A DNA stretch of 64,000 nt from an uncultured Phycisphaerales bacterium (lineage in GTDB: Bacteria > Planctomycetota > Phycisphaerae > Tepidisphaerales > Tepidisphaeraceae): the NCBI GenBank assembly GCA_963755915.1, contig CAVWLP010000002.1, forward strand, positions 3,808,001 to 3,872,000, read 5' to 3'. Of the stretch, positions 11,317 to 21,210 are shown piece by piece. Below the pieces are notes generated by a model, which saw nothing but the letters and a program-made list of their open reading frames with translations, did not search any database and had not been told where the DNA came from. Numbering within the stretch: the first letter of the stretch is position 1; every line of letters starts with the position of its first letter. A program made the translations under genes and the position numbers.

Positions 11317-12803
11317 TAATCCCGTTCGGCACGCAGGCTTCATCGGAGCATTCCAAAGCTGTGGAGGACGCGAAACAATTGAAGCTTAGATACTTTTACT
11401 TTCCCCTGCTGCACGCCGGCGTCCGCAAGAGCGCAGCATCAACCGCGAGGTCTCCGCGGCGACGGATTCCCCTTCAGTTTACTCCCAGTTTTTTCAAGGC
11501 CTCCGCTCTTGCCCTCAGCTTAATCCCGGTGTTATCCGGCTTGTTCAGGAATCGAAGCACGTCCTGTTCCTCGGCCAGCCCCAGCAGATACCAGCCGATC
11601 ATGTTCCGCATCGCCTTGTTCGGCTTCCTGCCGCTGATCAGCTGAATCAGCACGCAGACGATCAGCGCAGTGGATTTGGATGTCGATCCCCTCCTGGCGT
11701 TGGCTCAGCAGGTGACGCATGCCCAGCAGTTGCTTGAAGATCCGGAAGAACAACTCAACGGTGTAGCGGTACAGATAAATCAGGGCGATCAATTCCGCCG
11801 GCAGGTCCAGCAGGTTCGTGTACAGGATGATCAGGTCCGTCGGCTTGTTGCCGCTGCGCGTGCGGCGCGGATGGGGTTTCACCTGCACTTCCACCCGTCG
11901 CACCACCCTATCCGCCGCCGTCTCCAGGCCGTCGAGTTTCACCAGCGCGTCTCGCACCACGCCGCCGTCCAATGCTTCCTGTGAAAGCAATCGTTCTTCA
12001 AACAGCTCAAACACCGAGTTTTCCGCGGCCCGCATCACAAAGGAGCTTTGCGCCGCGGCGATGTCCGCAAAGAGGCTCCGGTCGGCGTAGCCGCCGTCTC
12101 CTACATAGCACCGTCCTGCTTCCAGGCTGCGCCGCAGGACGTTGTTTTCACGGTTGGCCCCCGCGTTGCGAGCGCCAGTGCGGTCGAGGCGATGGACTTT
12201 GAACGTCTCCAGATCGAATTGAACGTGCAAACGCCAGCCATAGACCGCTTTCCCGTCCCGGGAGGTGTTGTAGGCGCATCGATGCCGCAAGCGGATTTGG
12301 CCAGCCGACTCAGCGCCGTCAGCACCGTCCCGTCGACCAGCGTGATCGCCTGCCCAAAGTCCGCAAGACGCGGATCGGGCGCCTGGGGCAGTTCCCCCGC
12401 CAATTCCTCAATCAGCGGCGTCAAACGCCCCGGCTCGAACACCCGAACCGATTCAGAGAAACTGCCCACGGAAAAACGCTTAATTCCCAGCGCCTTGGCC
12501 ACCTTGGGCAGTTCAGCAACCTCCTGAAGATCCCGCAGGGATTGGATCAGCGGATTCCAGGTGTAAAGCAAAACCAGCTTGCAATAATCGTCGAAGTGAA
12601 GCTGGCGGTTCCCGGCTCGATCCCGCTCACAGCCCACATCCCGCAGCGTGGGCAGCAGCGCGAAGATGCGCCGCAGATGTCCGAGGCACAGGATCTCTTT
12701 TTCCTTCAGTCTTGCCTGCACGTCCGGCAGCATGCCATAAAAAGATCAAAGGCGCAATCTCAATATCTTGCTGCTTGCGCGAACCCCGTGCCGAACGGGA
12801 TTA
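11317..12803 (-). mobile_element. IS4-family insertion sequence, 1487 bp
   Basis: 16-bp TIR TAATCCCGTTCGGCAC / GTGCCGAACGGGATTA. 9-bp target duplication ACGATCTGC at 11308-11316 and 12804-12812. Confidence 0.93.
11474..12733 (-). CDS. IS4-family DDE transposase (frameshifted)
   Basis: LVDGT, VGDGGY, YLYRYTVELFFRIFKQ (YREK-like signature). Confidence 0.9.
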
Positions 12804-12945
12804 ACGATCTGCAACGATTGCAGGGCGATTTGAGAAAAATGGTCGGGTCGGGGGCATTAAAGGATTCTTATGCCTCCGGGTCCGCAGCCGGGCAGAGCCA
12901 GGTAACGGCGCCGGCCAAGACGACAGCACAATAAACGGGGGAATC

Positions 12946-14118
12946 ATGAGCCTCACGAAGCGGCGATTTTTGTCGGTTATCGTTGGCGTGGTAGGGGGCG
13001 CGGCGGTCGCCAGCGCGGCGCTGTGCGCACTTCATTTCTTCTCGAATGCCGAATCACTCAATGCCGGGGCTGGGGCGAATTCGGTGGCCGTCAGCTCAAC
13101 GGATTTGCCTGTGTTGTTTGACGTCCCGAAGTTTGGATATCCGGACCAGGATGGAAAACTCCTCACCGAACAGGATCTGAAAGGAACTACTTGGATCTGT
13201 GACTTTTTTTACACGCGGTGCACGACGATCTGTCCCCTCCTGACGGCCCGCCTGATGCTCCTTCAGCGGTCGATCCGAAATCCCAACGTAAAATTCGTTT
13301 CGTTTTCCGTCGATCCTTCGTATGACACGTCGGCGGTGCTGAAAGCCTATGCAGCCGAGTGGCATGGTGATGAGTCGCGCTGGCGGCTACTGGCAACGGG
13401 AACGGAGGATGCGGTACAGGCCACGGCATCGTCGATGCATCTGGCGCTGCAGCGCTTGAGCGATCCCAAAAATCCGATCCTTCACAGCGATCGTTTCCTG
13501 CTCTACGACGCTGCCGGCCAGGCGCGGGGGGCTTACGAGAGCACCGACCCGGACGCGATGGCGCAACTCGTGAAGGACGCCAATAAGCTGGCCAACGGAG
13601 GCCAGCCCGAGTTGCTGCAAACGACGGACACGACGGCGGCCGGGGATTCGCAGTCTTCCAGCGTGAGCGGGGGGCGACAGTTGTTTATGACGATGGGTTG
13701 CGTCGCGTGCCACAGCCGCCCGGCGGTTGCGCCTCCCCTGGAAGGGGTGGCCGGATCCGAGGTGACGCTCAGTGACGGGCGCACCGTGCTTGCGGACGAC
13801 GCCTATCTGCGCAAATGCATTACCGATCCCAACGCCAAAGTTTTGATGGGGTATTCCCCGGTAATGCCAAATTACCGTCCGTACCTGAGTGACGCTCAAA
13901 TTGACGGCATTGTGGCTTATATAAAAAGCCTCGCGTCAATGCGTCCGGCGGTCAATACCGGGCCGCGCGTTCTGGTCATTGATCCAGTCTGTGGTATGCA
14001 GGTGTCTGCGGGCAGCGATACCCCCAATGTTACTTACGCGGGGAAGACGTATTATTTTTGCAGCGAAACCTGCCGAGAGAAGTTCCAGGCGGATCCGGCG
14101 AGATTTGCAAGGAATTAA
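12946..14118 (+). CDS. SCO + cytochrome c + YHS domain fusion protein
   Basis: KRRFL signal, FFYTRCTTICP, HSDRFLL, CVACH heme motif with MP axial Met, DPVCGM...YYFCSETC. Confidence 0.88.
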   Translation: MSLTKRRFLSVIVGVVGGAAVASAALCALHFFSNAESLNAGAGANSVAVSSTDLPVLFDVPKFGYPDQDGKLLTEQDLKGTTWICDFFYTRCTTICPLLTARLMLLQRSIRNPNVKFVSFSVDPSYDTSAVLKAYAAEWHGDESRWRLLATGTEDAVQATASSMHLALQRLSDPKNPILHSDRFLLYDAAGQARGAYESTDPDAMAQLVKDANKLANGGQPELLQTTDTTAAGDSQSSSVSGGRQLFMTMGCVACHSRPAVAPPLEGVAGSEVTLSDGRTVLADDAYLRKCITDPNAKVLMGYSPVMPNYRPYLSDAQIDGIVAYIKSLASMRPAVNTGPRVLVIDPVCGMQVSAGSDTPNVTYAGKTYYFCSETCREKFQADPARFARN

Positions 14119-14170
14119 GATCGTTCGGGCCGGCACATCCGGCGCGGATCCTTTCGGGTAAACTGGACGG

Positions 14171-14733
14171 ATGGAGTTTGGGGACGAGCTACGCAAGAGC
14201 GTCATTGCCGCGTCGCTTGCGCGGAGGTCTGTGCGGCGGTGGGGAGGATTTATGAGGAGCTTTCAGGGGAGATCGACCAGCGGCGGCCGGTCTGCGTGAT
14301 GTCGGGGAAGTGTTGCCGGTTTGATGAGTATGGGCATCGCCTCTATGTGACGACTGCGGAGCTCGCGGCTTTCGCCGCGGGGTTGGCTGGCCAGCGGACA
14401 GCAACCCGCATTCCCGCCCCTTCCTCTGCCCCTACTGCCCTGTCTACTGTTCTACTTTCTACTGCTCCACTCTCTCGCGCAGCGCAGGGGTGTCCCTTTC
14501 AGGTGGGGCGGATGTGCGGGGTTCATGGGATTCGGCCGATGGGGTGCCGGGTGTTCTTCTGTGATCCGAGTGCGGCGGAATGGCAGAGGGGGGTGTATGA
14601 GCGGATGCATGGGAAACTGAAGCAACTGCATGAGGAGTTGTCGATACCGTATGCGTATGTGGAGTGGAGGGCGGCGTGTCAGGTTATGGGATGGAAGGGA
14701 AATGCCGATTGCCGATTGCCAAATGCCGAATGA
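14171..14733 (+). CDS. YkgJ-family cysteine-cluster protein (likely frameshift ~14220) with repeat insertion
   Basis: CVMSGKCC, CPF, CGVHGIRPMGCRVFFC. Confidence 0.8.
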
Positions 14734-14780
14734 AGACGCGGCGTTTCCAATTCGGCATTTGGCAATCGGCAATCGGCATT
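14701..14780. repeat. Perfect 31-bp inverted repeat built of heptamers
   Basis: AATGCCGATTGCCGATTGCCAAATGCCGAAT (14701-14731) / ATTCGGCATTTGGCAATCGGCAATCGGCATT (14750-14780). Confidence 0.9.
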
Positions 14781-14886
14781 AGAGTTGCCAGAGGCGAATG
14801 TTTTTGACATAACGGCAAGGCGGGGGGTACACTTATGTCCTGCCCCTTGTGGCCTTCTTTGGCGTTTTTTGCGAGGTAGGCGAGGT

Positions 14887-15102
14887 ATGAAGCTCATAGT
14901 TGCAAGTTTGTTTGTGGCGTCGATGGCGGTTCTCAGCGGTTGCACGGCGTCTACCCCGGCGTATACCCCGGCGGAACGCTTTGCCCAGATTCATCGCAAT
15001 GATGTTTACGCGGCAGAGGCGGCCAACGATGATGTCGACAACCTCCTGATGCTGCGGCCAGGCACGCAGTTGTCGATCTGGAATGTTTATCACCGGCCTT
15101 GA
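14887..15102 (+). CDS. Small lipoprotein
   Basis: GAGG RBS, MKLIVASLFVASMAVLSGC lipobox. Confidence 0.75.
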   Translation: MKLIVASLFVASMAVLSGCTASTPAYTPAERFAQIHRNDVYAAEAANDDVDNLLMLRPGTQLSIWNVYHRP

Positions 15103-15309
15103 TGGCCGGTGGTTTTTCAGCGGTTGAGCCTGCGGTTTCGTCTTCGTGGAGAGGTGAGAAATGTAGACGGCTTCGCCTGCCTTTATCGGGTTGGGCGGGG
15201 CCTTTTTGTTGGGGAGGGGGGCGGGTTTGGAGGGGCAGGCTCACGGCGAGCCGTTTGGCATCGCTCACGGCGAGCAAGCTCGCCGGCTACACAGGGGCGG
15301 TGGATTTTC

Positions 15310-15495
15310 TCAGGAGACCAGGCGGAAGCGGGGGGTTTTGCGGACCCAGGCGGCGATGCGGGTGTTGCGCTTCTTGGCGTTTTCCAGATGCTCAAGATAT
15401 TGCTGGAGGGCGGAGTCGTCGAACTGAGTTAGAAATTCGATGGAGACGGTCGTATTGTATTTGCGGATGTCGTCGATCAGTTGACGTTTGTTCAT
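15310..15495 (-). CDS. Small hypothetical protein
   Basis: MNKRQLIDDIRKYNTT...LQQYLEHL, 61 aa, protein-like composition. Confidence 0.65.
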   Translation of the reverse strand: MNKRQLIDDIRKYNTTVSIEFLTQFDDSALQQYLEHLENAKKRNTRIAAWVRKTPRFRLVS

Positions 15496-15594
15496 GGCGG
15501 GAATACTTTCAAAACAGGCCGATAAGAAGTGCCAAAACGATTGGCTCCTCTGGAGATCGGTTTTACGTCCGCATTTACTTGAAACGGCGGATGA

Positions 15595-16338
15595 ATGATG
15601 ACGCAGGAAAAAACAGAGCCCACGGTACAATCCGCTTCAGCCGAGACGGATGCGCTGGCGCATTTGCACCGGATGTCGACGACGGCGGGCCTGGGAAGCC
15701 AGGAATACGTGGCGATCAACGTCACGTCGATCATCGCGGTGCTGTTTGGGGTGGCGAGCCTGCTGGCCGTGGCGAGTCCCGTGCTGCTGGTCTTTCCGGT
15801 GGTGGGGGTGATCCTGAGCCTTGCGGCGATTCGGCAGGTCAACCACAGCAACGGCACGCAGACGGGGAAAGGGCTGGCGATCCTGGGGCTGCTGCTTTCG
15901 GGGCTGATTACTGCGGGAATTCTGTCGTACCAGGTGCTCCAGGAGGTCCGGCAGCGGGATGATCAGGAGGCGATTTCAGCGTTGTGCGTCAAATATGGGG
16001 ATCTGCTGAACGAGCATAAATATGCCGACGCGTATGATCTATTTGACGCGGCGTTTCAGGCGCGGGTGGGGAAACCGGCGTTTATCAGCCAACTGACGGC
16101 GACTCAGAATCAGACGCTGATGCCGCCGATTTCGGGAGCGTCGTGGAATGGATTGGCGACGTTTCAGGCGGAGGATGACGGGACGGTGATAGCGGAGTCC
16201 ATGATCAAGGTTCAGTTCAAGAATACGCCGGGGGATGCGCGTATGCAGGCCCGTTTTAGGAGGGGGACGGATGGGGTTTGGTTGATTGAAAATGTTCCGG
16301 ATCAGTTTCCAGAAAGGCAGCAGCCGGCGCAGAGGTGA
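15595..16338 (+). CDS. DUF4190-like membrane protein
   Basis: TM helices with AIRQV...TGKGLAILGLLLS motif. Confidence 0.7.
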   Translation: MMTQEKTEPTVQSASAETDALAHLHRMSTTAGLGSQEYVAINVTSIIAVLFGVASLLAVASPVLLVFPVVGVILSLAAIRQVNHSNGTQTGKGLAILGLLLSGLITAGILSYQVLQEVRQRDDQEAISALCVKYGDLLNEHKYADAYDLFDAAFQARVGKPAFISQLTATQNQTLMPPISGASWNGLATFQAEDDGTVIAESMIKVQFKNTPGDARMQARFRRGTDGVWLIENVPDQFPERQQPAQR

Positions 16339-16502
16339 GGGATTTAAGATTTGTGGGGGCTGGGGTTAAACAAATCTGGGTTGGGCGTCCGATAAATTGA
16401 AATGCGTGGAAGGTGTGCGCACCGGGTAGTTAGCCGCCGTGGGTTTCATGCCGATACCGCCGATGGGCGTCTATCGCGTATGGGAAGCCCGGTGAGGCAT
16501 AA

Positions 16503-17738
16503 ATGCGTGTAATGCTGCATTGGAACGTCATTCGTTGGATCCTGACAGGTGGGGCGTTTCTGTCCATTCTGAACCTGGCGGGGTGTATGTCGGGTGGTAA
16601 GCCATCGGCGGACCTTGCGCCTGCGCCACCGCCGGCGGCTGCGACGAGCGTGGCGATGTCGGCGGATCCGTCGGTTTTGTCGACGGTTTATACGTCGGAC
16701 GGGTCTACGCCGCCTTCGGTGAATGTGTATGGGGAGTTCGACGGGGTGCAACGGCCGATGGCCAAGGCGCACGGCAACGGGGGATACCAGGAACATACGT
16801 TTCTGGATGAGGGGTTTGACAGCGATGTGAGCGTGGACCCAACCGGCAAATGGATGGTCTTCACGAGCACGCGCGACAGCGATCATCCGAACATTTATCT
16901 TCAGCACGTTGACGGCCTGGCGGTGATCGAGCTGACCAACGACGAGGCGGATTACGCGTTTCCGTCCTTCAGCCCGGATGGGAAGCAGATCGCGTTCTGC
17001 TCAACGCGCGCGGGGAACTGGGATATCTACACGATGGATACGGATGGGAAAAACATCGTGCAGGTGACGAATGACCCGATGGTGCACATGCACCCGAGCT
17101 TCAGCCCGGACGGGACGAAGCTGGTCTACTGCTGCCTGGGAGGCAAGAGCGGGCAGTGGGAGCTGTGGGTGGCGGATTTGAATACCGGCGAGAAGCGGAT
17201 GGTTGGGTTTGGGCTTTTTCCGTCGTGGTCGCCGGACAAGACGGTGGACCGGATCGCGTTTCAGCGCTCGCGGCAGCGTGGGAGCCGGTGGTTCAGCCTT
17301 TGGACGATGGATCTGGTGGACGGGGAGGCGCGACGGATTACGGAAGTGACGTCGAGCTCGAACGCGGCGCTGGTTTGCCCGAGCTGGAGCCCGGATGGGA
17401 AGCAGATCGCGTTCGCGACGATCGCGGAGCCGAACAATTCTGCCGGCGGCAAGCCGCTGGGGCAGGAGGATATCTGGACGATTAACTGCGACGGGTCGAA
17501 CCGGAGCAGGGTCACGGATGGGGTGGGATTGAATTTGGCGCCGAACTGGGCGTCGGATGATCGCGTTTATTTCATCAGCGATCGTGGTGGGGCGGAATGT
17601 GTTTGGTCGGCGCGGACCGATGTCCCGGGGAGTGCGCCGTCGAAGGTTGCCAGTGAGAAGCCGGGAGATGATCAGAATCAGAATCAGAATGGGAATAAGC
17701 CTACTGCTACGGATGCGGTGGGATCGACGAGTGAATAG
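16503..17738 (+). CDS. TolB-like PD40 beta-propeller lipoprotein
   Basis: LAGC lipobox, repeated P[SF][WF]SPDGK.IAF motifs. Confidence 0.88.
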   Translation: MRVMLHWNVIRWILTGGAFLSILNLAGCMSGGKPSADLAPAPPPAAATSVAMSADPSVLSTVYTSDGSTPPSVNVYGEFDGVQRPMAKAHGNGGYQEHTFLDEGFDSDVSVDPTGKWMVFTSTRDSDHPNIYLQHVDGLAVIELTNDEADYAFPSFSPDGKQIAFCSTRAGNWDIYTMDTDGKNIVQVTNDPMVHMHPSFSPDGTKLVYCCLGGKSGQWELWVADLNTGEKRMVGFGLFPSWSPDKTVDRIAFQRSRQRGSRWFSLWTMDLVDGEARRITEVTSSSNAALVCPSWSPDGKQIAFATIAEPNNSAGGKPLGQEDIWTINCDGSNRSRVTDGVGLNLAPNWASDDRVYFISDRGGAECVWSARTDVPGSAPSKVASEKPGDDQNQNQNGNKPTATDAVGSTSE

Positions 17739-17748
17739 TTAATCGCGG

Positions 17749-17787
17749 CCCCCACCCTAACCCTCCCCCGGCGTATCAGGGGAGGGG
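17749..17787. repeat. REP-like palindrome family P, intergenic copy
   Basis: CCCCCACCCTAACCCTCCCCCGGCGTATCAGGGGAGGGG. Confidence 0.75.
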
Positions 17788-17828
17788 ATAAGAGGAATAA
17801 GGCGCTTGAGAGCTTCAAGGACGAAGCG

Positions 17829-18581
17829 ATGAAAAAGATAAGAAATTGGCTGCCGGTCGTTTGGATGTTGGTGGCGTCTGGGTGCAGCATGTTCGGACCC
17901 AAGCCGTACGGCGAGGAAGACCAGCTCTTTCTTCCCGGAACGCATCGGCAGGTTTGGGCGATTGCGCCGGCGCTGAATTTGAGCGGTGAAGATTCGGTCG
18001 ACCCGCTGCTGCAAAGCGACCTGGTTTATCGGGAATTGCAGAAGGTGCATGGGCTGACGGTTATCCCGGTGGACCGGGTGGTCGAAGTTTATGCGGCCCT
18101 GCGGATTCAGAAGGTGCATAGCGAGCGGGAGGCGCAGGACATCTGCCGGCTGCTGGGCTGCGACGGGTTGGTGGTGCCGACGATTACGGCCTACGACCCG
18201 TACGATCCGCCGAAGTTTGGCGCGTCGATCCAGCTTTTCGTGACGCCGGGGAGTTTCCAGCGTCTTCCGAAGCTGGACCCGCGGATGCTGGAGCAGAGCC
18301 CGACGGCGGTGACGCTGCCGGTGATGCCGGACGCGAGCAGCAACATGGCGCAGGTGGTGGAGATGTATGACGCATCGGACGGGACGGTGCGGGAAGAAGT
18401 GAAGGAGTATGCGAAAGGGCGGACGGATCCGAACGGGCCGCTGGGACAGGATGAGGTCATTGTGGACATGGATCGTTATTGTGCGTTTGGATATCACCAA
18501 CTGCTTGGAGAGCTGCTGGACAATTTGAACCAGGCGAATTCGGAAGCGACCGCGGGGGCCAACCCAGGATCAAACTCATGA
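17829..18581 (+). CDS. Hypothetical lipoprotein
   Basis: LVASGC lipobox, 250 aa. Confidence 0.75.
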   Translation: MKKIRNWLPVVWMLVASGCSMFGPKPYGEEDQLFLPGTHRQVWAIAPALNLSGEDSVDPLLQSDLVYRELQKVHGLTVIPVDRVVEVYAALRIQKVHSEREAQDICRLLGCDGLVVPTITAYDPYDPPKFGASIQLFVTPGSFQRLPKLDPRMLEQSPTAVTLPVMPDASSNMAQVVEMYDASDGTVREEVKEYAKGRTDPNGPLGQDEVIVDMDRYCAFGYHQLLGELLDNLNQANSEATAGANPGSNS

Positions 18582-18835
18582 GCAAAAGCACGTCCGATAC
18601 ATCACCGAAGCCGGAAGCCGGGCTGATGAAAACCCTGAGCCTGGTGAAGGGCCGGCACCAGTTTTATTTCAAATACGAGGCCGGCCAGGAGGCGGCGGTG
18701 CTGGATTCACTGGTGAAAATGGTGAATCGGCGCGACATTCCGTTCGACTGGTTCGACGCGGCCATCCTGTCACATCAGCTTGGTCAGCATTTGGCAAAAG
18801 AATTTAAGGCGTATTTGCCGAAAAAGGTAGCATGA
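18578..18835 (+). CDS. Small hypothetical protein
   Basis: ATGA-coupled start, KTLSLVKGRHQFYFKY...FDWFDAAILSHQ. Confidence 0.7.
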   Translation: MSKSTSDTSPKPEAGLMKTLSLVKGRHQFYFKYEAGQEAAVLDSLVKMVNRRDIPFDWFDAAILSHQLGQHLAKEFKAYLPKKVA

Positions 18836-19022
18836 GGATTATCGGATTGTCTTCGGTGTTTCGGCTGGAAGATACCGGACGATCCAACCGTGAGAGGGTT
18901 TAAACTCTCACAGTGAGACGGGGACCGTCTCACCAGCGGGCCACTGGGATGCGAAGGCTTCGCCTCGCTTGCGCCGGCCGGTGGCACATTTTTCGTGTCT
19001 GAGTTCTCGCCCACGCGCATAT

Positions 19023-20097
19023 ATGAACCCCACGAACGAACTCTCGGTCTCCGCTGCGCCCAGCGGCGTCGCGATGCTCGAAAAACACGTGTCCCCCCTT
19101 GTCAGGCAGTTTCTGGACTACCTGAAGCTTGAAAAGCACTTCAGCGATTACACCGTGAAGAGCTACGGAGCGGACCTCATCCAGTTCGGCCAGTTCCTTT
19201 CCGGTCAGATCGGCCAGCGGCCGGTGGCGCCGGGGCAGGACTCCGACGAGCGCCACATCAAGTGCGATACGCTCACGATCCGGGAATTCCTGAACTACCT
19301 CTACGGGCAGAACTACACCAAGAGCACGACGCGCGCAAGCTGGCGACGCTACGGAGCTTTTTCAAGTTCCTGGTTCGCCGCGGGCTGGTCAGCGCCAACC
19401 CGCTGTCGACGATCCGCACGCCCAAGCAGGAAAAGCGCCTGCCCAAGTGCCTGGACCTGGAACAGGTTCAGAAGCTGCTGGATGCCCCGGGCGATGCCGA
19501 TCTTCTCAGCGCCCGCGATAAAGCCATGCTGGAAGTGCTCTACAGCAGCGGCATTCGCGTCAGCGAGCTGGTGGAGCTGGAGATGGCGGACCTGGATTTG
19601 CAGGAGGGAGTCCTGCGCGTCCGCGGCAAGGGCCGCAAGGATCGGCTTACGCCGATCGGTAGCCAGGCGATCAAGGCGATTCAGCGGTATTTCGAGCTGC
19701 GCCGATCGATTCGCGCTGCCAGGGGCCGGATTCGCATCGGGTCTTCCTGAACAAGCACGGGGAATCGCTCTCGACGCGATCGGTACGGCGGAAGCTGGAC
19801 AAATATCTGCTGTCGGCCGGGCTGGACCCGGGGATCAGCCCGCACACTTTGCGGCACAGCTTTGCCACCCACCTGCTGAACAACGGGGCCGATCTGCGGA
19901 GCGTGCAGGAATTGCTGGGCCACCAGAGCCTCAGCACGACGCAGATTTACACGCATCTGACGACGCAGCGAATGAAGGATGTTTACGATTCGGCACATCC
20001 GCGGGCAAAGGAGGATTCGATTCCGCATCCTGCTTCGCCGGCGGCGAATGGGGAGAAAGCAGCGACGCCGTTTTATCCGGCGACGAAGGTAGGGTAA
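19023..20097 (+). CDS. xerC: Tyrosine recombinase XerC, two frameshifts (~19335, ~19705)
   Basis: [81 protein letters not shown]. Confidence 0.9.
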
Positions 20098-20135
20098 GGA
20101 TCGCACCCGAGTGCAGTGCAGTAGGTGGAAAAATG

Positions 20136-20170
20136 AAAGCCCCCACGATTAGCGTCGTGGGGCTTTTTTT
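20136..20170 (+). terminator. Intrinsic (possibly bidirectional) terminator
   Basis: AAAGCCCCCACGA-TTAGCG-TCGTGGGGC followed by a T tract, between convergent xerC and scpB. Confidence 0.75.
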
Positions 20171-20191
20171 GCGCGGTGTCTTGAGTTGAGA

Positions 20192-20872
20192 TCAGGCTTC
20201 GGGGGCTTTGAGAGGTTCTTCGGACTGGGGCAGGTCCTTGAGGGTGTTGAGGCCGAAGACTTCGAGGAATCGGCGGGTGGTCCCGTAGAGGATGGGGCGG
20301 CCGGGGACTTCGGCGCGGCCGGCGATGTTGACCAGGCGCTTTTCCATCAGGTTGCGGATGGTTTCGCCGCAGGCGACGCCGCGGATGGCTTCGATGTCGG
20401 CGCGAAGGATCGGCTGCTTGTAGGCGATGATGGCGAGGGTTTCGAGTGCCGCCTTGGTGAGCTTGGCGTCGATTTCGCGCTGATGGAGCTTGGCGAGATG
20501 CTCGCCAAACTCGGGGAGGGTGAGAAGCTGATATCCGCCGGCAACCTGCTCAATACGGAAGGAGCGGCGGGATTCTTCGTATTGGGTGTTCAGATCCTTG
20601 ATGGCCTGGCGAACCGGCTTGGTGGCGGACAGGTCCATCAGCTCAGCCAAGCGCCCGGCGGTCAGGGGGTGGTGGGTGGAGAAAAGAAGGGCCTCCAAGA
20701 CGCGAGAATCGACAGGGGCGTCCGAAGACGATCCCTCCGCGTCATCGTCTATCTCCGGGGGCAGGTTCTCATCCTCCGGCGTATCCTGGACGGGACCGTC
20801 GGCCTCGATTTCCGATTCGATTTCCATTACCGGCTCATCCCTGACTAAGCGCATTGCGCAGTTATCGGCCAA
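20192..20872 (-). CDS. scpB: SMC-Scp complex subunit ScpB (true start may be ~40 nt downstream)
   Basis: LEALLF, VAGGYQL, AALETLAIIAYKQPI.RADIEAIRGV, GRPILYGTT..FL..FGL. Confidence 0.93.
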   Translation of the reverse strand: MADNCAMRLVRDEPVMEIESEIEADGPVQDTPEDENLPPEIDDDAEGSSSDAPVDSRVLEALLFSTHHPLTAGRLAELMDLSATKPVRQAIKDLNTQYEESRRSFRIEQVAGGYQLLTLPEFGEHLAKLHQREIDAKLTKAALETLAIIAYKQPILRADIEAIRGVACGETIRNLMEKRLVNIAGRAEVPGRPILYGTTRRFLEVFGLNTLKDLPQSEEPLKAPEA

Positions 20873-20949
20873 TGTCGACCGCTGAATCCATAAAAAGAGG
20901 ATGTTACGGGGGAGTGGATTGGAATCAAGTTGGGGTATAATGACCGGCT

Positions 20950-21201
20950 ATGGCAGAAGCTCCCCTTCCTACTGGACCGGACGTGGGGCACCTCATGGTG
21001 CCGGAGGATTTGTTGCAGCAATATCATCAAGCGGTGGACCATCTCCGCGGGGCAAAGGAAGAGCTGGCCAAGGCGCAGGAATCGAGCGAGTACCAGCATC
21101 AGCAATATGTGAACGAACAAATGGAAGTGGTCCGGCGGGCCGAGAGGGAAGTGGAAGAACTTACTGCAAAAGTGAAAGAAATCCTCGAGCGCAAAGTCTA
21201 A
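20950..21201 (+). CDS. Small coiled-coil hypothetical protein
   Basis: 83 aa helical, E/K/Q-rich. Confidence 0.55.
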   Translation: MAEAPLPTGPDVGHLMVPEDLLQQYHQAVDHLRGAKEELAKAQESSEYQHQQYVNEQMEVVRRAEREVEELTAKVKEILERKV

Positions 21202-21210
21202 GAGTAGTAG

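Larger units (their letters stand above)
10634..12934 (+). pseudogene. SCO family copper chaperone interrupted by an IS4 element
   Basis: Likely start ATG 10634 (TM helix, frameshift ~10825), WVADFIYTECSGTC, FVSFSV. The frame continues after the IS as (DDL)QRLQGDLRKM... to the stop at 12934. Confidence 0.8.

Noticed and set aside
15267-15290. CGGCGAGCAAGCTCGCCGGCTA shared with 54009-54030 inside the DUF3891 gene
   Set aside because: The genic copy encodes LAGELAR, which looks like the normal family motif. A 22-bp GC-rich palindrome match may be coincidental.
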